This document shows positions 57,331 through 64,000 of a DNA stretch of 64,000 nucleotides, piece after piece. Positions within the stretch are counted from its first letter, which is position 1. Each line of letters opens with the position of its first letter. Under the pieces are notes generated by a model that saw nothing but the letters and a program-made list of their open reading frames with translations, ran no database searches and was not told the origin of the DNA. The stretch spans positions 141,285-205,284 of the forward strand of contig CBDCTD010000001.1 of NCBI GenBank assembly GCA_965222095.1, written 5' to 3'. This DNA is from Bryobacterales bacterium. GTDB lineage: Bacteria; Acidobacteriota; Terriglobia; Bryobacterales; UBA6623. The position numbers and the translations under genes were made by a program.

Positions 57331-57425
57331 GACAAGCACTCCTGCTTGTTGACTGCCCCGGTAGGACAAGCACTCCTGATTGTTGACGACGCGGTAGGGC
57401 AAGCAATCTTGTCTGTCGGCAAACG
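57327..57425. repeat. Three tandem ~33-bp GTAGG hairpin units
   Basis: gtaggACAAGCActccTGCTTGTtgactgccccg / gtaggacaagcactcctgattgttgacgacgcg / gtagggcaagcaatcttgtctgtcggcaaacgg. The array starts at the stop codon of the preceding gene. Confidence 0.85.
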
Positions 57426-57488
57426 GACGTTTGTTGTCGCCGCAAACAGAGTAGCCGACGCAGATCCGCTGGTCGCTCTGGCAAGCTA

Positions 57489-57512
57489 GGCGTCGACACG
57501 AGTGTCGACGCC
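57489..57512 (+). terminator. Perfect 11-bp GC-rich hairpin (possible terminator or REP) abutting the IS left end
   Basis: GGCGTCGACAC-GA-GTGTCGACGCC, followed by tcgagtttggcgttt. The downstream T-tract is weak and belongs to the IS inverted repeat. Confidence 0.45.
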
Positions 57513-57616
57513 TCGAGTTTGGCGTTTGACTAGATAGATTCCCACATTTAAGAGGACGAGAGCGGGCCAAGGGGATAAAAACCCTTGCTGGGTCGAAACA
57601 TTGTGGGGTATTCTGA

Positions 57617-57638
57617 TATCTAGTTATATAACTAGATA
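57617..57638. promoter_or_regulatory. 22-bp perfect AT-rich palindrome (candidate operator/promoter of the IS transposase genes)
   Basis: TATCTAGTTAT|ATAACTAGATA, immediately upstream of AAGGAG and the orfA ATG at 57649. Confidence 0.5.
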
Positions 57639-57648
57639 AGGAGACGAC

Positions 57649-57936
57649 ATGGGTTACCCCACCAAAGTCCAACTCATTAAGCGCGAAGCCAGTCAGCAGT
57701 GGTACGTCAACTTCCCTTCCGCCTTGGCCCAGGCGCTGGAATTCTCGCGCGGTGAAACCGTCGAGTGGGTCATCGAAGACCGCTCCCAACTGGTGTTGAA
57801 CCGTCGGCACCCGCCCCCCTCGGCGTTAAAAAAAAAGACTCCGCCCCGAGGCTCCTCGACCAGCTCGAAGCCCTCGCCCGCCAAGCGCTCCAGGGCCGCC
57901 GCCAACAGCGGGTCCAAGAAAAGATCCAAAGCCTGA
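57649..57936 (+). CDS. IS OrfA: AbrB/MazE/SpoVT-like DNA-binding domain protein (95 aa)
   Basis: TKVQLIKREASQQWYVNFPSALAQALEFSRGETVEWVIEDRSQLVLNR fits the swapped-hairpin AbrB-type pattern. Strong SD (AAGGAG). The basic tail comes after the A9 run. Confidence 0.65.
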   Translation: MGYPTKVQLIKREASQQWYVNFPSALAQALEFSRGETVEWVIEDRSQLVLNRRHPPPSALKKKTPPRGSSTSSKPSPAKRSRAAANSGSKKRSKA

Positions 57937-59279
57937 TGCTGAGCGCCTTGGTCTGTCTCGGCCGCCACACCGTGACTGGGTTGCTGCACACCGCCGGCGA
58001 CAGCTTCCAGGACTGGTCGACCGTCTATCGGCTCTTCTCCCAGGCCCGGGTCGAGGCCCCAGACCTGTTCGGCGTGGTCCGCCGCGGAGTGCTCGAGCAA
58101 CTGTCCCCCACCGCACCTCTGGTGGTCGCACTCGATGACTCACTGCTGCCCAAGCGGGGCGCCAAAACTCCCGGCGTCGCCTGGCGGCGCGATCCGCTGG
58201 GACCGCCCTTCCAAACCAACCTGATTCGCGCTCAGCGCGTCATCCAGATCTCGGCCGCTGTGCCCGGCGGCGCCGACCCCCCAGCGGCGCGCCTGATCCC
58301 GCTCGATTTCCAACACGCCCCGACCCCACCCACACCACGGCGAAACGCCCCTGAGCAGGAGCAACAACAATACCGCCTCGCCTGCCGCCGCGCCTCGCTC
58401 GCCCAGCGGGGCGCCGAACGCCTGCACGCCCTGCGGCAGAAGTTGGAGCAAGACGATGCCTCGCGGCGACTCGAAGTGCTCGTCGACGGCCGCTTCACCA
58501 ACCGCACGGTGTTGAAAAACCTGCCGCCCCAGACCGTGCTGATCGGTCGCATCCGCCAAGACGCCAAGCTCTACTACTTGCCGACCGGCCAAGCAGCCGC
58601 CACGGGCCGCCGCCGCCGTTATGGCGAGCGGGCTCCCACTCCCGAACAACTGCGCCAGGATGACAGCGTTCGCTGGCAAATCGTCACCGCCTACGCCGCC
58701 GGCAAGCGGCATCGCTTCCGCATCAAGACCTTGACTCGGCTGCGCTGGCGTCCCGCCGGCGGGAACTGCGATCTGTGTTTAGTCATCATCGCCCCGCTGC
58801 GCTATCGGCCCCGCCAAGGCTCGCGCCTGCTGTATCGCCGGCCCGCTTATCTGATCGCTACCGATCCCGACTTGTCGCCCCAGCAGATCGTCGAGCACTA
58901 CGTCTGGCGCTGGGACATCGAGGTCAACTTCCGCGACGAAAAGACGCTGTTGGGGGTAGGACAGGCGCAGGTCAGACATCCCCGCTCGGTCGAAGCGGTG
59001 CCGCAGTTGATCGTGGCTGCTTACGCCTGGTTGTTGCTGGCGGCGCGCCAGACTTGGGGCCCGGCGGGCTTCCCCGACGCCCTGCCGCCCCCGAAATGGC
59101 GCGCGCGCCGCTCGAAGCCCCGCGCCACGACGCTCGATCTGATCCAGCACCTGCGGGCCGAGCTGTGGGGCGAAGGCTTGCGTCGTTTCTGCGGCTTCCC
59201 GTCCAACCCCTCGCCCACTCCAACCCCCCAAAAACTCAGCGCAGCCCTCCCCACCGCCTTGCTTTATGCTTCCCCTTGA
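57765..59279 (+). CDS. IS OrfB: DDE transposase (IS4/IS701-like, YxxRWxIExxFRxxK signature). Expressed either by -1 frameshift from orfA or from the ATG at 57936
   Basis: VVALDDSLLPKRG, and C-terminal HYVWRWDIEVNFRDEKTLLG. The frame is -1 relative to orfA and is open for 57 codons upstream of ATG 57936. Confidence 0.75.
   Translation: MGHRRPLPTGVEPSAPAPLGVKKKDSAPRLLDQLEALARQALQGRRQQRVQEKIQSLMLSALVCLGRHTVTGLLHTAGDSFQDWSTVYRLFSQARVEAPDLFGVVRRGVLEQLSPTAPLVVALDDSLLPKRGAKTPGVAWRRDPLGPPFQTNLIRAQRVIQISAAVPGGADPPAARLIPLDFQHAPTPPTPRRNAPEQEQQQYRLACRRASLAQRGAERLHALRQKLEQDDASRRLEVLVDGRFTNRTVLKNLPPQTVLIGRIRQDAKLYYLPTGQAAATGRRRRYGERAPTPEQLRQDDSVRWQIVTAYAAGKRHRFRIKTLTRLRWRPAGGNCDLCLVIIAPLRYRPRQGSRLLYRRPAYLIATDPDLSPQQIVEHYVWRWDIEVNFRDEKTLLGVGQAQVRHPRSVEAVPQLIVAAYAWLLLAARQTWGPAGFPDALPPPKWRARRSKPRATTLDLIQHLRAELWGEGLRRFCGFPSNPSPTPTPQKLSAALPTALLYASP
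57828..57836 (+). promoter_or_regulatory. A9 homopolymer / A_AAA_AAG slippery motif in the orfA-orfB overlap
   Basis: The orfA frame reads TTA AAA AAA AAG ACT. The -1 frame reads GTT AAA AAA AAA GAC and continues into orfB. Confidence 0.55.
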
Positions 59280-59554
59280 ACCTCTTGCCCCTCCTGTCTC
59301 CGCCTCGAACCTGCTTTCAAAACGCCAAAGTCGAGGGGCGCGATAAATCGCGCCCGCTTGCGGACATGCTGTTCGCAGGGCGATGTGCACGAACTGTTGT
59401 CGCGAGCCATGGCCGCCGAGCCCTTCGCCTCATCCACCGCGACCGTGGTTAGAAATGCGGGCTAGTGACCTGCCGGAACCGAGGGAGGACGGCTCTCGCC
59501 CGTTTCGCCCACTAGCTGGATCATGACTGCTCCAATTCCCACCACACAACGGCA

Positions 59555-61216
59555 ATGGGGAACCTGATTCTCGCGATTGCGAATTTTGGCAAACAGATCA
59601 GCGGGCTGTTTCAGGGTTTTACCCTGCAACGGAAGATCGCGCTGCTCGTTCTGGGGATGTTTGTCTTCGGGGGCATCTCAGCGTTTCGCTGGTTCATGCT
59701 GGAGCGGGCCTTTCGCCCCCTGTATACGGATCTTAGTCAGGAAGAAGCCGGAGCGGCGGTCGAGCGGCTCAAGCAGCTGCAGGTTCCCTACAAACTGGCG
59801 GCCGGGGGCCAAACGATACTCGTGCCGGAACCCAAGCTGGCGGAGGTGCGGCTGCAGCTAGCCTCTGACGGATTGCCGCGACACGGACGCCTCGGTTTTG
59901 AGCTGTTTGACGAGTCGAGTTTCGGGGCCACGGAGTTTGCCGAGCACGTCAATTTCCGGCGGGCCTTAGAAGGCGAGCTCGAGCGGTCCGTCCTCTCCTT
60001 GACCGAGGTGGAGCGGGCGCGGGTCCACATCAGTCTCCCCAAGAAGTCTGTTTTCCTCAACCGCGAGCAGCCCGCGAAAGCATCGGTAGTGCTTCAGCTA
60101 CGACGCGGCGGCAGGCTGGGTCGAGACAAGGTCGACGCGATCGGGTTTCTGGTGTCAAGCGCTGTGGAGGGTCTCGATCCCCAGCGAGTCGTTATCGTTG
60201 ACACGGCAGGCACCGTACTGGCGCGTCCCCGCCCTGAAGGCGAGGGCTTCACGGATGAACAACTCGATTTCCAAAGGAAGATCGAGAAGCGAATCCAGAA
60301 CAACATCGTGGCCACGCTGGAGCCCTATGTCGGTTTCGACAAAGTTCGGGCGGCCGTGGCCGCTGATTGTGATTGGCAGGGTGGCGAAGAAACGAAGGAA
60401 CTCCTCGATCCAAACACGATCGTTATAACGACGCAAAAATCGGAAGACACCACGCAGCCAATCCAGGAAAGCGGCGTGCCCGGAACAGCCTCCAACTTGC
60501 CGCGCCAGCCGGCCCAGCCAAGAAGCGGAGCCGTAGCTTCGTCGCGGAAGGTCGAGACGACTAATTTCCAGACAAGCCGCACCGTGACCCGCACGGACCT
60601 CGAACGTGGGAAAGTCCAACGTTTGTCCGTAGCCGTCCTCGTCGATCACATCGTCGAACTGGACGAGGAAGCCGGCAAGTTGATCCGAAAGCCTCGGACC
60701 GCGGAGGAGATGGACATATTTCGAGAGCTCGTTGTCGCCGCCGCGGGCATACGCGAAGAGCGCGGCGACGTGCTGACGATCCAAGCGCTGCCCTTCACAA
60801 TCTTCGAAGAGCCTCCCGCACCGCCTCCGCCCCCCGCTCCACCCGAGGATGAACTTTTCTCGTCAGAGTGGTTCAAAAAATTCCGATATTACCTTATAGC
60901 AGGAGCCGTCGTCATTGTGGTCGTGCTGATCTCCGGCTGGCTTCTAGTCCGCCTCAAGAGGAAAGTGGCCAAGATCAAAGCCGAAGCGGAGGCGCGGCGC
61001 GCGGCGGAAGCAGCGCAGCGTGAGATTGAAGCCGCCGAGGAAGAAGCCCGCCAGAACGAGGCCGAGGAGGCCCGTATGCTCAAGGGGCTGAGGCTGGCGA
61101 CCCTCCAGAGCTCGAAAGCCCAGGTCCTTAAGAAGCACCTCGAAGAGACGGCCTCCAAGGACCCCGAAGCCTTCGTCCAGCTGCTGCGTAGCTGGATTCA
61201 CGAAAATGATCAGTAA
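59555..61216 (+). CDS. fliF: Flagellar M-ring protein FliF
   Basis: 553 aa. N-terminal TM segment, LASDGLP, a second TM segment near the C-terminus and a charged tail. Followed by fliG. Confidence 0.9.
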   Translation: MGNLILAIANFGKQISGLFQGFTLQRKIALLVLGMFVFGGISAFRWFMLERAFRPLYTDLSQEEAGAAVERLKQLQVPYKLAAGGQTILVPEPKLAEVRLQLASDGLPRHGRLGFELFDESSFGATEFAEHVNFRRALEGELERSVLSLTEVERARVHISLPKKSVFLNREQPAKASVVLQLRRGGRLGRDKVDAIGFLVSSAVEGLDPQRVVIVDTAGTVLARPRPEGEGFTDEQLDFQRKIEKRIQNNIVATLEPYVGFDKVRAAVAADCDWQGGEETKELLDPNTIVITTQKSEDTTQPIQESGVPGTASNLPRQPAQPRSGAVASSRKVETTNFQTSRTVTRTDLERGKVQRLSVAVLVDHIVELDEEAGKLIRKPRTAEEMDIFRELVVAAAGIREERGDVLTIQALPFTIFEEPPAPPPPPAPPEDELFSSEWFKKFRYYLIAGAVVIVVVLISGWLLVRLKRKVAKIKAEAEARRAAEAAQREIEAAEEEARQNEAEEARMLKGLRLATLQSSKAQVLKKHLEETASKDPEAFVQLLRSWIHENDQ

Positions 61217-62237
61217 CGCCGAAAACGTCAACGAAGTCTTTTCGGGGTTGCGCAAGGCGGCGATCGCCATTGTCACTCTGGGCGACGATGTAGCCGCGGG
61301 TGTGTTTCGCTATCTCAGCGAAGACGAAGTCCAAATGGTCGGGCGCGAAGTTTCGAAGCTCAACAAGGCAACTCCCGAACAAGCTGAAAACACACTTCAA
61401 GAGTTTCACGAGATGTCGATGGCGCAAGACTACTTGATGTCCGGGGGTATTGAGTACGCCAAACGTGTGATGAACAGTGCCTTTGGTCCCGATCGAGCTC
61501 GATTGATTATCGACAGGGTGGTCAAATCGCTGGGCGAGGAAGTTCCCACCTTCGACACCCTTCAAAAGGCCGACCCTCTCCAAGTAGCCAAGTTCATCGA
61601 GGGGGAAAGTCCTCAGACGATTGCTCTGGTGTTGTCACACCTTAACAGCAGTTCGGCGGCCGGAATGCTATTGGCGCTGCAGCCGGACGTTCGGGCGAAT
61701 GTCGCCATGCGGATGGCGAGCCTGGATCAAATCTCACCCGAGATCGTCAGCCGCATTGCGGGCATCCTCGATCAGAAGCTGAGCTCGCTCGGACAGTTCA
61801 GCCGCGAGTCTTATGGGGGTGTGCCGGCTGTTGCGGAAATGTTTAACCGGCTGGAGGCGAATGCGGGCCAAGAGCTGCTCGGCCAGATCGAAGACTCCGA
61901 TTCGGAGATGGGGGAGGCCATCCGCAATCTCATGTTTGTCTTCGAGGATCTGTTGCTGATCGATTCCATCGGTATGCGCGAGATTCTTTCTCGCGTGGAC
62001 AAGAAAACGCTGACGATCGCTCTGAAGGGGACCAGCGATGGACTGCGCGATCACTTCTTCGGCAACATGTCGGAACGGGGAGCGGACATGTTGCAGGAGG
62101 ATATGGAAGCGCTGGGACCGATCAAAATCCGTGACGTCGAAGGGGCGCAGCAGCAGATCATCGGTGTTGTGCGAGCGCTGGAGACCGAGGGTGTGATTAG
62201 TCTGAAAGGCGCGGTGGGCGAACAGTACGTTGTCTAG
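61206..62237 (+). CDS. fliG: Flagellar motor switch protein FliG
   Basis: AAIAIVTLGDDVAAGVFRYLSEDEV, EGESPQTIALVLSHL, MFVFEDL, MSERGADMLQEDM. Confidence 0.9.
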   Translation: MISNAENVNEVFSGLRKAAIAIVTLGDDVAAGVFRYLSEDEVQMVGREVSKLNKATPEQAENTLQEFHEMSMAQDYLMSGGIEYAKRVMNSAFGPDRARLIIDRVVKSLGEEVPTFDTLQKADPLQVAKFIEGESPQTIALVLSHLNSSSAAGMLLALQPDVRANVAMRMASLDQISPEIVSRIAGILDQKLSSLGQFSRESYGGVPAVAEMFNRLEANAGQELLGQIEDSDSEMGEAIRNLMFVFEDLLLIDSIGMREILSRVDKKTLTIALKGTSDGLRDHFFGNMSERGADMLQEDMEALGPIKIRDVEGAQQQIIGVVRALETEGVISLKGAVGEQYVV

Positions 62238-62940
62238 GGTAATCAAGGATGGTACGGTTGCTGCCGGCCCCCATCAGCCGGCCGTGGTTCAGAGCGCGCC
62301 TTCCCTTGGGTTATCCGCATTCGCCCCTAAGCAAGTAGGCAAGCCGGAGTCGGGTTTAGACGCTGCCGCGTCGCGCGCCCTGGGACTCGGTGCGCAAGGC
62401 GCGGCTCATGGGTCTCCAGGATCAGCCGAATCTCCCCAGGATGGAAAAGTCGACCTCGAGGACGTTCGCAAGGAAGCGTTTCAGTCGGGTTTCGCCGAAG
62501 GCGAGCGAGCCGGCACCGAGAACGCGATGCGGCAAATGCAAGGCGCAATCGCGTCATTCGGCCAGGCGGCGCACGAGCTGACCTCCTTAAAACCCCGTCT
62601 CCGCGCCGAGGCGGAACGGCAAATGGTCGCCCTGTCGCTGGCCATCGCTCGGCGCATCGTTCATCGCGAGCTGCACGTGGACCCCACGACAGTTTTGGCG
62701 ATTGTTCGCGGCTGCTTGCAAGAGTTTGACCGCGTCGAGATTCAATGTTTGACCGTCAGTCCGGAGGATCTCGAGGCTGTTGCCGTGTACTTCAGGGAGA
62801 ACCCGGTTCCGAACTTGAAGCTGGTCGCCGACCCCAGCGTGTCCTGCGGGGGCGCCGTGTTTCAGACCAACCAAGGGGAACTCGACGCCCGGATCGAGAC
62901 ACAATTGCAGGAGATCGAATACGGTCTAGCGGACCGCTAA
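62230..62940 (+). CDS. fliH: Flagellar assembly protein FliH
   Basis: The position between fliG and fliI. FliH-type C-terminal block ([18 protein letters not shown]...[20 protein letters not shown]). TTG start. Confidence 0.8.
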   Translation: MSRVIKDGTVAAGPHQPAVVQSAPSLGLSAFAPKQVGKPESGLDAAASRALGLGAQGAAHGSPGSAESPQDGKVDLEDVRKEAFQSGFAEGERAGTENAMRQMQGAIASFGQAAHELTSLKPRLRAEAERQMVALSLAIARRIVHRELHVDPTTVLAIVRGCLQEFDRVEIQCLTVSPEDLEAVAVYFRENPVPNLKLVADPSVSCGGAVFQTNQGELDARIETQLQEIEYGLADR

Positions 62941-62945
62941 AAACG

Positions 62946-64000
62946 ATGAGCGAAGATCTCAGGCAGGTTTTGCAGTCTCAAACGGCGCGAATTGAAACTC
63001 TGAGTCCAATTCGGGCGAGCGGCGTCGTCTCGGAAGTCGTCGGGTTGCTGATTGAGTCCGACGGACCACCCGTATCGGTCGGGGATCTCTGCGAGATTGA
63101 GACCGCTGCCGGGAACCGGGTTCGAACGCAAGTCGTCGGATTCCGTGGTCGCCGGGTGCTATCGATGCCTCTTGCCGAGGTCGATGGTCTGCAGCTCGGG
63201 ATCCCGATCGTAGCTCGTCGCGAAGAGGCTCGCGTTGCCGTTGGAGAAGCCCTGTTGGGCCGGGTTGTCGACGGCTTTGGGCGCCCAATCGACAACCAAG
63301 GGTCGATCCACGCCAATGAATTCTACGAACTTCATAAGGCTCCTCCCGGCCCCATGGAAAGAGAGCCTATCGGTGAGCGGCTGACGACCAGCGTTCGCGT
63401 CATCGACGGCCTCCTTACTTGCGGCAAGGGCCAGCGGGTGGGTTTATTTGGCGGCTCCGGCGTCGGGAAAAGCACCCTGCTTGGCGCCGTGGCTCGCCAT
63501 AGCGAGGCGGACGTCAACGTAATCGCACTGATTGGCGAGCGAAACCGCGAGGTTGGCAGCTTCTTGCACGATACGCTTGGTGCGGAGGGCCTCAAGAAAT
63601 CCGTGGTGGTGGCAGCCACTTCCGACCGCCCGGCGCCGGTTCGGGTGCGGGCGACCTTCTTGGCCACAGCCGTCGCTGAGTTCTTTCGGGATCAAGGGCG
63701 CGAGGTGTTGCTCATCATGGACTCGCTCACGCGGTTTGCGATGGCCCAGCGAGAGATCGGACTGGCGGCCGGCGAGCCTCCCAGCCAGAAGGGTTACACA
63801 CCGTCGGTGTTCCAGCTCTTGCCCAAGATCCTAGAAAGGGCGGGGAACTTCGCCCACGGGTCTATCACGGGTTTCTACACCGTGCTGGTGGAAGGCGACG
63901 ACATGAACGAACCCGTGGCTGACGCTGTTCGGGCCATCCTCGACGGACACATCATCTTGTCCCGTGGGTTGGCGGAGGCCAACCACTACCCTGCCGTCGA
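62946..64000 (+). CDS. fliI: Flagellum-specific ATPase FliI, 3' end beyond the window
   Basis: Not in the track because it runs off the window. My own translation from ATG 62946: [10 protein letters not shown]...[19 protein letters not shown] (Walker A)...[18 protein letters not shown] (Walker B). Confidence 0.9.
   Translation, partial: MSEDLRQVLQSQTARIETLSPIRASGVVSEVVGLLIESDGPPVSVGDLCEIETAAGNRVRTQVVGFRGRRVLSMPLAEVDGLQLGIPIVARREEARVAVGEALLGRVVDGFGRPIDNQGSIHANEFYELHKAPPGPMEREPIGERLTTSVRVIDGLLTCGKGQRVGLFGGSGVGKSTLLGAVARHSEADVNVIALIGERNREVGSFLHDTLGAEGLKKSVVVAATSDRPAPVRVRATFLATAVAEFFRDQGREVLLIMDSLTRFAMAQREIGLAAGEPPSQKGYTPSVFQLLPKILERAGNFAHGSITGFYTVLVEGDDMNEPVADAVRAILDGHIILSRGLAEANHYPAV

Larger units (their letters stand above)
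57511..59336 (+). mobile_element. Insertion sequence (1826 bp) with an AbrB-like orfA and an IS4/IS701-like DDE orfB
   Basis: Terminal inverted repeats: cctcgagtttggcgttt (57511-57527) versus the reverse complement of 59320-59336, cctcgactttggcgttt (16/17). No clear target duplication. Confidence 0.75.

Noticed and set aside
57327-57425. CRISPR-like tandem repeats
   Set aside because: The three ~33-bp units are directly adjacent with no spacers, and no cas genes are present. They belong to the GTAGG hairpin family.

Overview
High-GC (about 60%) bacterial chromosomal segment. The gene content (a DUF1549/DUF1553 + DUF1501 pair, GT-C membrane glycosyltransferases, Flp/Tad and PilT pilus genes, flagellar fliFGHI) points to an Acidobacteriota- or Planctomycetota-like organism; I cannot place it more precisely from sequence alone.

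Layout:
- 0-4.8 kb: a selenocysteine-containing, NAD-type formate dehydrogenase locus, with an in-frame TGA and a SECIS hairpin.
- 4.8-6.9 kb: a repeat-packed non-coding island.
- 6.9-26 kb: housekeeping and metabolic genes. These are an M28 peptidase, pilT, a secreted PPC-domain protein with DUF1549/1553 and DUF1501 in one operon, thiE, and xseB-ispA-tlyA-nadK.
- 26.7-33.7 kb: an orphan flp pilin, then the conserved rimP-nusA-infB-DUF503-rbfA operon. Here rbfA is fused in frame to apbE.
- 34-37.6 kb: a PAS histidine kinase and three response regulators.
- 39.4-47.2 kb: an IS-rich accessory stretch. Two inverted, near-identical IS630 copies bracket an alpha/beta-hydrolase gene, followed by a tadE/tadE/tadG-like operon and an IS1380 element.
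- 47.3-57.3 kb: purB and a divergent envelope-glycosylation-like cluster.
- 57.5-59.3 kb: a 1.8-kb IS with an AbrB-like OrfA, an A9 slippery run and a DDE OrfB, inserted just upstream of fliFGHI.

I found no rRNA, tRNA, CRISPR array, retron or recognisable defence system.

The most unusual observations are the IS with a candidate -1 frameshift, the composite IS630 structure whose cargo ORF starts inside the IS end, the split FDH lacking an FS0 domain, the RbfA-ApbE fusion, and two families of palindromic intergenic repeats. All functional calls come from motif recognition by eye; no database search was run.
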